Positions 12,448 through 25,167 of a stretch of DNA of 64,000 bases are shown piece after piece. How positions within the stretch are numbered: position 1 is the first letter of the stretch; every line of letters starts with the position of its first letter. The translations under genes were made by a program, and so were the position numbers. The stretch is from positions 73,842,001 through 73,906,000 of the forward strand of contig NC_042997.1 in assembly GCF_006345805.1 (NCBI RefSeq), in the 5' to 3' direction. Source of the DNA: Octopus sinensis (taxonomy: Eukaryota). A model generated the notes under the pieces. It saw only the letters and a program-made list of their open reading frames with translations. It searched no databases and had not been told where the DNA came from.

Positions 12448-13006
12448 TTAAATGATAAACGTCTGGAAAGTTTTACAGATTTTTGCAGTTCCAGTGATGG
12501 ATTGAATCTGTAGCTTTCTCCTTTCTGGTTTTGAGAAGCCTAATTTCTCAAGATTGGTATTTAGGCAGTGTGTTACATATCCCAGGGCCCCAATAATTAC
12601 AGTTATAAACCTGAACTTGTATTCTGGATAGAGTAACTGCAGATTTCTCAATAATTCAGCATCGTTGTTCTCTTTTTCACTGATCTTCAGCTATATGTTA
12701 ACATATCGCTGGGCAGCTAATTTCCGCAACCGTGCACGGTTTCCCTTCTCTGTCCCTAATCATTATATCAAATCTGTTATGCTTAAATTTTATTGGGGTC
12801 TTTACTGGTACATTCCACCAGTATTCCTTTTCATTATGAGTGGCTATAGCTTCTACCATATTGTGGGGTTTTATTTCTTTGTCCTCGGGATTATCCTTCC
12901 AACGGATTTCATTATAGATTGTCCTAGCTACAACGTCATGTTTCATCCGTAGATAAAACCGTGGTGACATTTTCGGGCAACTGCTTAAGATGTGGTTACA
13001 CCACAA
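12448..13006 (-). mobile_element. C-terminal fragment of an R4/Dong-like RLE non-LTR retrotransposon
   Basis: NHILSSCP..YLRMKHDVVAR (CCHC finger remnant), WWNVPVKT..HNRFDIMI..VAEISCP (PD-D/ExK-like), VIIGALG..LEKLG..LQ..GTAKICKTF. Confidence 0.75.
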
Positions 13007-13139
13007 TTAATGGCAACTATTAATGATTGCATACAATATGCCATATTTTCACTTATTGTTTTACATGCCCGTATATTAGTGTCAGAGATTATATATCTGT
13101 GTAAATGTCTTATTTTCTTGTGTCATATGGCTTAGGCCA

Positions 13140-13368
13140 GACTATATATATACATGTATAAATCAAAATAAGCGACAAGGATATCCAGAGGTAATGCAGT
13201 ACGATCGTTTCATGCTCCTCCATTTAATTTAACAATTCAATCATTACCTCTAGATATCGTTGTTGCTTATTTTGATTTGAATCACCTTACATTAAAATTG
13301 TTTGGATAATACCGTTTGGATAATTGTTTGGATAATTCTGGTGCCTCAACTTAAGTACCATATTCATC

Positions 13369-13372
<4 letters not shown>
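13140..13372. mobile_element. Short inverted PLE-end remnant (same family as 22948-24028)
   Basis: Minus strand has GAAACGATCGTACTGCATTAC..GATATCCTTGTCGCTTATTTTGATTT; plus strand has TGTTGCTTATTTTGATTT..CTCAACTTAAGTACC matching 24010-24100. Confidence 0.55.
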
Positions 13373-13455
<83 letters not shown>

Positions 13456-13517
13456 ATAGTAATGCAATACTAGAGTATTGCATTCCAGTAAAGAATAGCC
13501 CGTTAGGGAAAATTATA

Positions 13518-14094
13518 CATAGAAGTAAATAAATGGCACATCGAAGTACCGATATTTACTGGAAAATAGCGAACGTAATAAATACGACGCTAATGTATAG
13601 GTTCACTGCGTATGTACTAGCAAAAATGCGTGTGTGCAACAAACATGAAAAAAAATTGTCTTACCTCTAGGGAGAACATCTGAAAAATGAAATACCTAGA
13701 AAGGGATAATGTGGTACCGCTTTCAGATTCTTCAAAATATGCATTGCTATTTTCATTGAAGCTTCTTCACTGTTCTCGTTCTGTCAACGTTTTGGCGTTC
13801 AGTCGAGTATATTGGCATGGATGTGGCAACATCTGAAATGTTGTCGAGGTATATGTGGCTGATGAAGATAAATCAAATATATGTGTGCAGACATATTTTG
13901 AAGAATCTGAAACCGGTACCACATTATCCCTTTCTAGGTATTTCATTTTTCAGATGTTCTCCCTAGAGGTAAGACAATTTTTTTCATGTTTGTTGCACAC
14001 ACGCAGTGAAGCTATACATTAGCGTCGTATTTATTACATTCGCTATTTTCCAGTAAATATCGGTACTTCGTTGTGCCATTTATTTACTTCTATG
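13518..14094. mobile_element. Fold-back element (~200-bp arms) derived from a PLE end
   Basis: CATAGAAGTAAATAAATGGCAC..TTCTTCAAAATAT (13518-~13741) is inverted at ~13891-14094; flanked by TA. Confidence 0.85.
13853..13924 (+). ncRNA. Type I hammerhead with canonical intact core
   Basis: Stem I ATGTGG/CCACAT; CTGATGA 13859-13865; stem II AGAT..ATCT with internal hairpin; GAAA 13909-13912; palindromic stem III ACCGGT; predicted GUA cleavage after 13918. Confidence 0.8.
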
Positions 14095-15121
14095 TATATA
14101 TATATATATAATATATATATATATATATACATACATGCATGCATATATACAGAGAGATAGACGGGAAAGAAGGAAGGAAAGATGCATGTATACACTCACA
14201 AATACACATACATTCACGTGTGTGTGCGTGTGTGTGTGTGCGTGCTTTGGATGACAAAATTTCAGAAATCAAAGGAAGGAGACGTGATGGTTTCGGATCG
14301 GCCCTTATTGGACTGAACATCGTATTCGATTTTTTCAAAATACGCCAGGTGTGCCCAGAAGTCATTGCTCTTTACTGAGCGTACAGGTAATTTGAATTTA
14401 GAAGAATATATTATTTTAACATGTTGCAAGGTAAAATTTGGTTAGGACTTCTAAAAAGGAAAACTGTCTTCTTAGTCACTTCTGGCTATCTTGTTCAGAT
14501 ATGTGGCACACCCTCGCACTCATAGGTGCACACAAATATACACATATTCGCCTGCACACACGTTCACATGCAGCTGATGGCACAAACTAATGGAGAAATA
14601 CAGTGGGAGAGAAAAATAATAGAGAAATTTTGGAAGGATTAACGTTACTTTGACGCTTTTCATGTAACTAGATAAGATATTGTATGGATTGAGTTTCTAG
14701 ACGCCTTTAATAACAATTTAATTTTGCTGCTCTCACTATTATTGAATATAATATTAATTTGTAATCGGTTTATTAGAAAACGTTCATGTCTGGTTGCATT
14801 AATGAGGATCCGGTGTTTTGAAATTGTCAGAAATGGTTAATAAGGAATGAACTTTTATGTAAAACTATTCGAAAATAGACAAAAATGTATATAGAATCAA
14901 TAAAATACAATAAAACAAATTTATCATATTTCTATGTCATAGAATTAACTCACTGTTACACTATATATGAAACGTTATCTAATGAATTGTTTAAAAAATT
15001 TTGAATATTCTCTATCTTTTATAAATTCTATGAGCAGCTTCAATAAGAGTCTAGAAAAATCACTTATAAAATATACATGTATTTTTTTATGGATGCATAA
15101 TTTTTATGTTTTTCTTTACAG

Positions 15122-15212
15122 CTATAAATATATCAACATAATTTGGTTTTGCTTCAACTGGCTGGCAATGAGTAACTCGTGTTACAATCCATTTATTTAT
15201 GGTCTTCTAAAC
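15122..15212 (+). CDS. Class A neuropeptide GPCR, TM7 exon (luqin/RYamide-GPR83-tachykinin-like group)
   Basis: Polypyrimidine tract + CAG acceptor, GTAAGT donor; 1 nt + 30 codons YKYINIIWFCFNWLAMSNSCYNPFIYGLLN containing NPxxY. Confidence 0.92.
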
Positions 15213-15551
15213 GTAAGTATTGGATTTAGTTCTTAGTACTTGTTCAAATTATCTGTATCATGTTAAAAGTGTGGATAATAATTTTCAACAACCAGTTAAT
15301 AAAATAATTACTATTAGCAGTTATATTAGCACATTGTTTACGTAGCCACCGCATACAGCAATGTAAAGTTATTGGATATGCCAATTTACATATTAAACGC
15401 ATTCCTGGGGTTGGTATGTAAATATTAAAGAATTGTAGGCATGTGGAATTTTATTATGCAGTCATGATATACTATAAAGTATATTAAATGTATTTATAAT
15501 TCAACACCGCGTCTTACTGCGTTAGCAGTGCTCTTTACATAATTTAATTAA

Positions 15552-15751
15552 GGTTATTTCTATAGAAATTATAGCCAGCACTGATTTTTTGCTGCCACGT
15601 TTCTTATCGAGATGTCAGATGTAAACAAACAATGAGATCGGTGATAAAAATGGATAATGAGTGTATATGCCATATTTCGGCGGGGGGGGGGGGGATTGCC
15701 CCTTCATCAGCACTCATCTATAATTTTTCTATAATTTCTGTAGAAATAACC
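15552..15751. mobile_element. 200-bp non-autonomous TIR element with TTAA flanks (Kolobok-like RR..YY termini)
   Basis: TTAA|GGTTATTTCTATAGAAATTATAG ... CTATAATTTCTGTAGAAATAACC|TTAA. Confidence 0.55.
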
Positions 15752-15802
15752 TTAACAGAACTGACAGTATGGTTGTACGATACGTTCCAAATACCAACGC
15801 CA

Positions 15803-15870
15803 CTGTAGGTTTTCTTTTCCTCTCACTTGTATGCCTAGGCATACAAGTGAGAGGAAAAGAAAACCTACAG
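15803..15870. repeat. Perfect 68-bp loopless palindrome
   Basis: CTGTAGGTTTTCTTTTCCTCTCACTTGTATGCCT|AGGCATACAAGTGAGAGGAAAAGAAAACCTACAG. Confidence 0.95.
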
Positions 15871-16286
15871 AGTTCCTGAAAATAGATGACAAGAGCAAAA
15901 AATATTAAATTGTACGAAACAAAACCGCTCTAAAAGGGAGGTGGGGTGAATAATAATAAAAACTATTGCTAATGAAATTACACTTCCTAAGAAAAACTTA
16001 AAAGAGATGTTGTAGGGAGTTAGTAATAATGGTACGCCCCTCCCACGTGATGAATGGAATAACCTAGTCACTATAAGTAAAGAGAAGTACGTGAAGTACT
16101 AGAGGACGTAGCAGGCTGTTTTTCTAGTTAAAATCCTTGTGATTCCGTAGAAGTGGAATAACAGTATAACTGTTGAAGTATATTTGTTGAAGGTCTCTCC
16201 TCGTGGGTGTACCTACGATTGTTGATTGTTGAAATTGCTATTTTTACATACGAGCTTGTTGATACGTGTTTGTTTTCTTCCCATTT

Positions 16287-16787
16287 ATGGGGGAACCTAA
16301 GAAGAGAAGAATGGAAATTGGACCAGCAAAAGGCCACAGTTATGCGGCAGCAAATGGCTGAGGAGTGGACTCTGACGCTTTTGAGGTTTGTGAGGTAAAG
16401 GTAGAATCGAAGAAGCTAAAAGAGTGTGAGAAATTGTTGAAAAGAGAAGGCAATACTTTTAAATTAACGCCACCAGAACATTTAACGAACGGTGTGACAA
16501 AAAGAACTGTAATATTTAAAACAGTGAAGGTGTCATCGAGAAAAATTGAAATTGCAACTATCGAAACTATTGAAGAGTGCTTAAATGAAATTAAGCAGTT
16601 CGCCACTTTTATCACAAGAGGAAGAAAGTATGGCACAGTGGAGGTGCGATTCGCGACAGAAGACGAAGCGATAAGTCACTCCACTGTAGCCATAAAGACG
16701 TAGGAGTGTGTACTTTTGCCAACATACTGTGGCAAGCGTGTTGCCAGGGTGAGAGTAGGAAAAGTACCCCCGGAAATAAATAAATAA
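16287..16787 (+). pseudogene. Second gag/ORF1-like copy, 3'-truncated, two in-frame stops
   Basis: MGEPKKRR..GHSYAAANG*GVDSD..FKLTPPE..KRTVIFK..FITRGRKYGTVEVRF..KT*ECVLLPTYCGKRVARVRVGKVPPEI; motifs collinear with 556-1366 and 60453-61691. Confidence 0.75.
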
Positions 16788-17297
16788 CTTTAGTTAGTGT
16801 CGCTGCTTCACTTATCGTTCTCACTTCCCTCATTACATTTGAATGTCATTAAATCATTGTTTTAATAATTACATTCTCCAATAATTTTATTTTGTTTCTC
16901 TCTTTAGTCTGATATTTCTGCCACATCTGTGACAGAGTTACCATTACACAGAAATGCGTGTATGGGATGAAACTAATTATTGTAGATAGTTAAGGATTCT
17001 CGAATCTCATCGAGGACAGTAACTTCAAGGAGATCGATGTCCTCGATGAAGAAAGAAGTAGTCGAAGAATTGTTGGCAATTCGAAAAATTCGAATTGTTG
17101 GCGACTGAAACATACATCAGATGTATGTAGGGGTGAATTTTTACCTGAATAACAGTAATTCCTGGTTGTGGAAGAGAGAGACGAGAAATGTGAATAATAA
17201 AAATGAAATCCACAAATCCGCAATAAGCACAGTCATTGAGAGGTTTGCTTAACAACAATATGGTTTCGGATTCGATCTCTCTCTCTCTCTCTTTCTT

Positions 17298-17345
<48 letters not shown>

Positions 17346-19974
17346 GTGTATAGTGGCACGCAATATCCCCCTATCGGAAGCTTGCTATGATTATACACTT
17401 AATACCTCTGAAAACATACTTAACACCTCTGAAAGCACAAATTGCCCAGAAAATGTTATTAAACATAAATGTGTATTTTTTTTTTTGTTAATCAGCGGTG
17501 CCTTCGCCTTGTTATTGCTGTTAGCAAATTGGAGATTTAGGAGACCCTATATATACTGCCTTCACTATGATCTTTAGAAATTAAAAGCCAGTTCAAATAT
17601 TTCCGTTTGGCTATGGTTGCTCACTGTCTTGTTAGAATAAGGCATTTAGATATGCTAAAATACATACATGTCTATAATTGCATCTCACCAACAGCCACTT
17701 CCATCCTGCCATTTAAAAATTCTCACCGACAGCCACTTCCATCCTGCCATTTAAAAATTCCCACTTCCCACTTCCATCCTGCTATTTAAAAATTATGTCT
17801 GCTCGATAGATGACGTAAACTAATTATTTCTAACACTTTTTCTTTTCTTTTTCTTCAGAAAGAGATTTATACTGTTTTTTTTTTAGGGGGTTGTTTTGTT
17901 TTGTTTTTGGTGGGTGCACAATTCTCTATAATAGTATGTGGTAACATTTCCATTATGTCTATGTTTGTCAATAATTAGTTTACTAAGATGGGCTATATTG
18001 GACAAAGTCGAAGTGAATTATTGCAAGCAATTCCAGCAAAGTACTGGCTTCGATTGTATCGACTATTCACACTCCCTGTGGCTTTGGGTCAAATTTAGAA
18101 CTAAATATTACATAAATTCAATATAATATAAACGCCGTACAGTTTTAGTCTTAAATGAAAAGATATCTATATAAAAATTCTATTTGTCTGCAGAAAGTCA
18201 ATTTTCTGGCAGTCCGTCTTTAAACTTTTGTCCTTCCTTTTTCTTCTACAACACAGTCGTCTACGTCTTCCAGATTTTTTGCAATAAATTCAGTGAAATC
18301 TTCACCGGAAAAATCAATATCATATTTTGTATTGATACTGTACATGAAAAATATATATCCTAAATTTTACTTCGATATTTATTTTCTATATTATTGGGAT
18401 ATATCTGAACAAGTCACTTTGGAGACAACGTCTCTTTCATTCTCTTTTATTTACAAGGATGTTTCTAAAATGGAAATTTTGCAATTAATATTCATTTCTT
18501 TTAAAAGAAATTCCTTATTATTGTTTTAATGAGGGTTTTGTTTTTATTGCTCTTGCTTTATTTTTGTTATACTTGCTTTGCATTTACGCCATTTGAAACT
18601 AAACTTTTATTACCTCTACGAAAATTCCTACTTCGACGTGGTATAAGTGAAATTATTTTTTTCTTAAAATATCTTTTTCAACAAAATAAACGGCCATGAA
18701 CATTGAAGAGTGTAAAAGCCTAATGCAAATCATGACGTTAAGTTATGAATATTCAACTCGGCTCTCATCAACTCATACTTTCTATATTTCCAACAAAATA
18801 TTTCTTGTTACAATCCAATTAACAAGAGATTTACTGTCTTACAACTCAGGGATTAATGTAAAAGATATACACAATATACACCAATTTGAAGCAAAAAAGG
18901 AACAACAGTCCCACTAGCACGTTCCCTCACTGGGAGTCTTGTACTCTGTATCAAGTTGCTTCTTATGTCCAATACCATGTTTTGAAGTTCATAAATTTAT
19001 ACAAGAGGGGGAAAAAGATATTCGTGTATTCTGTTTTGAAATGTCAATGGCCACAACATTTTATTTTGACTGAATCTTTCTAGAAGCATATTTTGTATTC
19101 AGTAAGCATTTAGAAGGTTATTCTGCTAAATACAACAATTCAGATAAGCTTAGGGGAGAATTATCTCACTAAAAACGCTGAACTTGATCTCAGTCAAATG
19201 AAATCACTATGTGCGTGCATGTCTCTTGTTTTGGAAATACCATAAGCGATATGCCTACTTATTCATTAATCTACACATGGTTTTAAATATAAACTATTAC
19301 CCGAAAACTTTGAAAAGCAGAAGATCAGTGTAACACGGATTGTAGTCAGTCAAATATGATTTTTTTCTTCTACTACAAAATCACTTTTCACAGTAACCCC
19401 CACACAAATGTACAGACGAAAACCTTTTTCTACACAAGACTCGATGTAACAAGTGATCCTATTTTGTCCCTTTCTCTCCTTCACACGTGTACAGGATGTT
19501 CAAAAAGTCTCTTGCAGTGAATTTATTTTTTCCAAGATGTATTTCAAAACATGTGTAGAAAAATCAACTTATTACTGAAAATGGAGGACGACACCTTCAA
19601 CACATTATAAAGTGTTTTTAAAATCTTGCAAAGTCTAATATATTATCTTGTAGTCTTATACCATCTTATAAATATTTATTTTGCAATAAAATACTTACTG
19701 CCGAGAGACTTTTTGAACACCCTGTACTATATGTGTCAAACTTACCTTATGAATACGCACACCAATATATTTTCAGTTGAACAAAATTACGGAAACATTT
19801 ATTCGGTGAAAATGTACTTTATGTTTTTATTTTCATGCATTTAAAAACATACAATAAAACTCTTTTCCTTTTACGTTAAAAAATTAAACTTGCTTTAATT
19901 TCACAAAAAATTTATGTATATAAAAAAATTACGCATTTTCAACATTTTCCCGTTTTTTTTTCTGCATATTGTTT

Positions 19975-20260
19975 GTTCCTTCTCGAACCATGCCTGGCTC
20001 ATAAGGACCGGTTTTCCGGTTTCATTGGCGTATAGGTTCCCCATCTGAATGGGACGCCGGTCCGTCGCAGGTGAGCTGCTAGATGCAGGAGAAAAGAGTG
20101 AGAGAAAGATGTGGTGGAAGAGTCAACAGAAGTTCGCCATTACCTTCTGCTGGAAGCCACGTAGAGCTTATGTTTTTCGCTCATAAACCCACACATCGCC
20201 CAGTCTGAGATTCGAACCCGAGTCTGCTACTCTAACCACTAAGCCATATGCCTCCACAAT
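19975..20260 (-). mobile_element. tRNA-derived SINE with a Meta-domain-like segment
   Basis: Minus strand A box TGGCTTAGTGG, B box GGTTCGAATC, then CCTGCGACGGACCGGCGTCCCATTCAG..GAAACCGG, recalled as Meta-SINE-like. Confidence 0.6.
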
Positions 20261-21379
20261 TTTCCCGTATATATATATATTCTGTCGATCTCAATTTTTA
20301 TCTTGCAGTTGTCTTGTGCAGAAAATCATGTAGATTGTGCGACGAGAAGTATTAACCTTATTCGCAATGATCTGGAGCCATGCAAATATTTTTTGCGTTA
20401 CTACTATTCCAGGATAATTCTCACGATCATAACTACATCCGTGGTACTCGACAGTTCTTTTCATACTTTTAAAATTAGAATGAAAATCCTGGTTTCCATA
20501 GGTTGTCCCCAAAATTTCAGTAATTCAAGCGGGCATTATCTTGAACTGAGTATTTTCATGGTTGTATATTCATACATAGTTGGACACGATTCAGTATCGA
20601 TATAAAATGTTCATTCCAGATTCCGTGGATATTTTGTGGGTCTGACAGTTTGTTGGTATTTTCTGAAGTTAGAGGCTTATATGTTTATATTCGTACTAGG
20701 TCCGTGAATTTATTTCCTTCTGGTAATGAAGTTTTTGACACCACTGGGTTTGAAGCTCCAATTGTTGCCTCCAATTGTACTGTATTTCTCTGAATTGTTT
20801 TGACATTGGCATTTAAATATTTTGTAACAAATCTTTTGAAGTCTACATCTTGGGTTATGATGGTGTGACATCGATAAAATGCTTGACATTTTTATTTTTG
20901 TTGTGTCTGGGGAGAGTCATTTTCTTTTTGTGCCTTAACATACTGGTAAAATTTCCACTTATTTTTATTTTCCTAAAATTTTCGTTGCGTCTTGCAACCT
21001 TTTCAATAGTCTTTACTCTGTGCGTTATTTACACTGCGTTCCCAGACATAACAGAATATGCTTCAACACACGAACTCATATAAAGAATCTTGCAAACCAA
21101 ATCCAAAAACTAAATATTTAAATTTTTGTTGTCATGAAACTTATTTTGACACCTCTTTATAACTAGACATTTTTGTTATCCCTATGATAGTATTTCGAAT
21201 TGATTGCGTTTCTTCATATAGGGGCTTGGAACTGAGTTCTCCGCGAATAGTTGTTTGAAAACTGTTTCTGAAGTGTATTGCCGTCAACTATCTTTTGGTT
21301 TATCTCAAATAATGATCTTCAGACGTATGAAAACAAATGGAATTCTGCCTAGCAGTCATCAGCACTGGGAGCCGTTCGG

Positions 21380-21850
21380 GTGAAGAAGATATCTATCTTT
21401 GTCACGTTATTGGATGGTTGTGTAATCCAGAATTTGCTAGTTTCTGAAGTGAAGATGCATCCAAGTGATCTTAAATCGGGTGATATGACGAAACTGATTG
21501 TAAAAAAAAGAATAACCGGTGCAGAGATCAAGGAAGAGACGCATTTTAGAATTACAGTTTACAATATCTTCGTTATTGGTATTATCTTCCCATATCGGCT
21601 GGTACAGTGAAATATCCTAAGAGTAGAATTTTATTTTTTAGCAGTCCTTTCAAAATGACACTACTCAGTTGTAGGTAAAATTGTTTTTTCGCATTGTCTT
21701 TGGCATCAAGCAATGGAGCATAAACTGAGATGAGCTTGTCTTTAGGAAACGGTATACAGAGAGCTATAAGTTGTTCATTTGTAGCAACTAGAGTTAGTTC
21801 ATGGTTTCGATTAAATTATCGTTATGGGAATGACCTAAAATTATGCTTGT
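21380..21850 (+). mobile_element. Possible degraded hAT transposase C-terminal fragment
   Basis: KKRITGAEIKEETHFRITVYNIFV resembles the hAT KKR..E..FR..F region; downstream sequence is too decayed to confirm. Confidence 0.3.
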
Positions 21851-22405
21851 TTTATTTCGTTCTGTATTGCTTTTGAAATTATGGAACAACTTGTAACTAT
21901 TCTCGCTTCTGTTTTAGATCACTTTTGAACTTTTGTGAAAAACTTTTTTATGAAATAGATACTTCGATACTAATGCGTTTACACACAAAACTACACCATT
22001 ATCGATATGGAAATGAACTGTAATTATTCTTCTGTTATTTTGTTCTGTAATACTTTCGAAATTATGTAAAAGCATTTAGTGAGATTTGATAAAATAATTT
22101 AGTATTTTGAAAAGGTCGAATTAAAACACTCTTTTGTTATATTTTGTACGAAGGTTATACTAAAAGTAATGCAAATATAGGCATAACAGTTTTTAATAAC
22201 TCACAAGTCGTTGAAATTATACATGTTGATAGAATTACCATTTCTCTTTACAAAGATATTTGAAGCCGATATTCTAACGATCACTCATGCATAAGATTCT
22301 GATAGCAAGAGTGGATTTCCTGCGAAATTGGCTTGGTCTTCTGTCTTGCTTTACGAAACTTCCGTTGCATAATGCTACTTTAAAACTTACATATATGCGT
22401 GTTGT

Positions 22406-22446
<41 letters not shown>

Positions 22447-22947
22447 TACAAGAGACACTGGGAACTATGTCACTGACATGTTTGAGTGAGAATTTTTCTA
22501 TTTACCCCAACATATTCTCTAAGTTCAGTAATCCCATTCTTATCGTTCATCTACCTTCTCACCTCAAATTCCCCCCCACACACACACACACCTCACCATC
22601 ACAAGCTTCACTGTTTCTTTTTATTTCAATTTACTTCTTCCTTTCTCACCCAGTGTCTTTCTCTCTCCCAAAACATCCTGTCAACGAACAAATTTCATGT
22701 AGTTTTGTGTTCCACATAAGTTGCAGCCCGATAATCAAGCAAAGAGGATGTAAAGTTATGATGCCTTTTAGTTATTCTCCTCTTGGCAATACTAAAATGG
22801 AAAAGGACACTACCAGAAACATAAGACATTCCATCCCACACATATCAGTGGGTTCTTTCTGTCGTTTATTTCAAATAATACATGTCTTCCCGACACAGAC
22901 CGCCACTAGTTTCCTAAGAATTTAGTTCAATCATATATGTATATATA

Positions 22948-23620
22948 TAATCAAGATAAGCAACAGGATATCAAGAAGTGATACAGTACGACCGTTTCAA
23001 GCGACTCCATTTAATTGAACAATGCAATCATTACATCAATTTAAATGCAGGGCTATCACCATCTGCACAAATAAATAGAATTTTAATCGGTCGGACACAT
23101 TAATATAACTTTTCTCAAATACCTTAACACTGCAAGAAGATGGAAGAAATCCATGCTGTCGCTATTGTAGCTAAGAATATACTACACTTCCAAGAAAGGC
23201 ATGAAGCTTACTGGGGTCATAACTTGTAAAGGATTGTGATTCATTTCTAATTTATTTGTCTTTTTATCAACTACTAAATCTAAGACTAGAGAATTGTGTC
23301 TGTTTGGAATAAAGGGCAAGAGTGAGTTGACAGTTCATGGCTAGGTATGGTCATAAAAATTGTCAAGATTTTAAGAGTAGTAAATTGTAAATTGGGTATA
23401 AAGTAACTGTCTATAAAGGAGGCTGGGTATGAGAAGTCTTTAAATCATGATGTTAATTACCAGTTAAAGGGGCAAGACGCTAATAAAACCTATGATGTTA
23501 ATACAGAGGAAATTTTATCATGGGTGCTATGGGTGATTGTTTATAAACAATATTGTTATGTTGTATAAATATAAAATTTAAGATTATCAAAAATGATATC
23601 ATAACCAAAATAAGTAAAAT

Positions 23621-23660
<40 letters not shown>

Positions 23661-24028
23661 TGTATATATCAATTTTCAACATTAAAAAGGAAAGATTACA
23701 TAGAATCAGTTTAATATTCATTCATGTACTTAATTATTTACTTATTAGGTGGTTTCTATAAAAACTGCTCTGGGCATTTACTTATGGAATACTGGAAAGA
23801 TAAACATGCTGTTTATATATTAATTATAACCCAAGAATCAGCAAAGGATAAAGTATCTGAGTAAAATTATATTAACGTGTCCGACTGATTAGAATTCTAT
23901 TTATTTGTGCAGCTGATGACAGCCCTGCATTTAAATTGATGTAATGATTGCATTGTTCAATTAAATGGAGCCGCTTAAAACGGTTGTATTGCATCACTTC
24001 TTGATATCCTGTTGCTTATTTTGATTTT
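22948..24028. mobile_element. Fold-back PLE remnant with ~180-bp arms, each with a long-stem-II hammerhead-like motif
   Basis: 22948-23125 is inverted at ~23850-24028. Plus arm: GTGCAG-CTGATGA..GCTT-AAAA-CGGTTGTA. Minus arm keeps GAAACGGTCGTA-CTGTAT but has a mutated core. Confidence 0.75.
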
Positions 24029-25167
24029 ATTCACCTTATTCGAGCTGTGCGAATAATACCGGACTGACTTGGTGCTTCAACTTAAGTACCTAATTCAACT
24101 GAATCTCAATTATTCATTTCATATATATATATATATATATAGAAAGGATAAATCAACGCCCACAGCATAGACACTGCAACCTTATCCCCACCCAAAAGAG
24201 TTACCAACGAAATCTTCGTCCCATCCACCGGTTAAACAACCATGCACAACAAACCCACACCACTTGCAATGATTACCAACGAAGGCCTCCTAGAACACCA
24301 CACCCGAATATGGGATATCGGGATGCTCTCCTCAATACTGTTCCAAGAACACACACCATAAATTACAACAGGAGACCCAACATCAACAAAGAACAACTAT
24401 ATAATAGCTACCGTCCCAACCACCGCATTCATTTTTTAGACCCAATACGCAAACACAGAGACACAAGATAGCACCAAACAAGCAGGAGGAACCAAAAGTA
24501 ATAAAAATTATCAATCTAACTCACAAGGAACTAACAGCAAACCAAATAAACATACTATCCAAAGGACTCAAGTTTACACCCACCCCACAACACCCCAACT
24601 ACAATGAAATGAAAGAAGACATCGCAGAATTCTGCAGAAAATTAAGACTTACTGAGGAGCTATACGATAAATACAACAAGGACGAATCGTTAACTACACC
24701 CCCTCGAAAGGTAAGAACAAAACACTTGATGATTTCTGTGACCACATATCAAATTACCCATATCAACATATGCACAAACAAAAACACAAACCAAACTTCA
24801 GCAAAAAAGAATGGGCTGAGCTGAACAAATTAAAACAAGATAAAACAATAACAACCAAAGAGGCCGATAAAGGGAGTGCTGTTGTCTTAATGGATACGAC
24901 ATTTTACATAACTTTGGTACTTTCTATGCTGGAAGACACAACATACTATGAAAAGGCACAAAACTACAGTCAACAAAAAATAATGAGGGAACTAAAATCC
25001 ATGTTAAACCCATACAAAGCAGGGCTCACCGACAAAGAATATGATTATATGACCAATTTCACAAGTAAAACCAGCCAATTCTACGGTATAAAAGTGAGAA
25101 ACTAAGCAACGCATGCAAGATAGCTACAGACAAAATAATTAAAGTCCCTAATCCTAATGACCTCAAA

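Noticed and set aside
14967-15236. 89-aa ORF as a standalone gene
   Set aside because: Only 15122-15212 is GPCR-like and bounded by splice sites; the rest is intron read-through.
17684-17794. ~38-nt repeats resembling a CRISPR array
   Set aside because: Two and a half tandem copies without unique spacers, in a eukaryotic context with no cas genes.
20291-21100. Coding-like minus-strand stretch (GTTYGNQDFHSNFKSMKRTVEYHGCSYDREN..)
   Set aside because: Probably a decayed TE ORF, but I could not assign any diagnostic motif.
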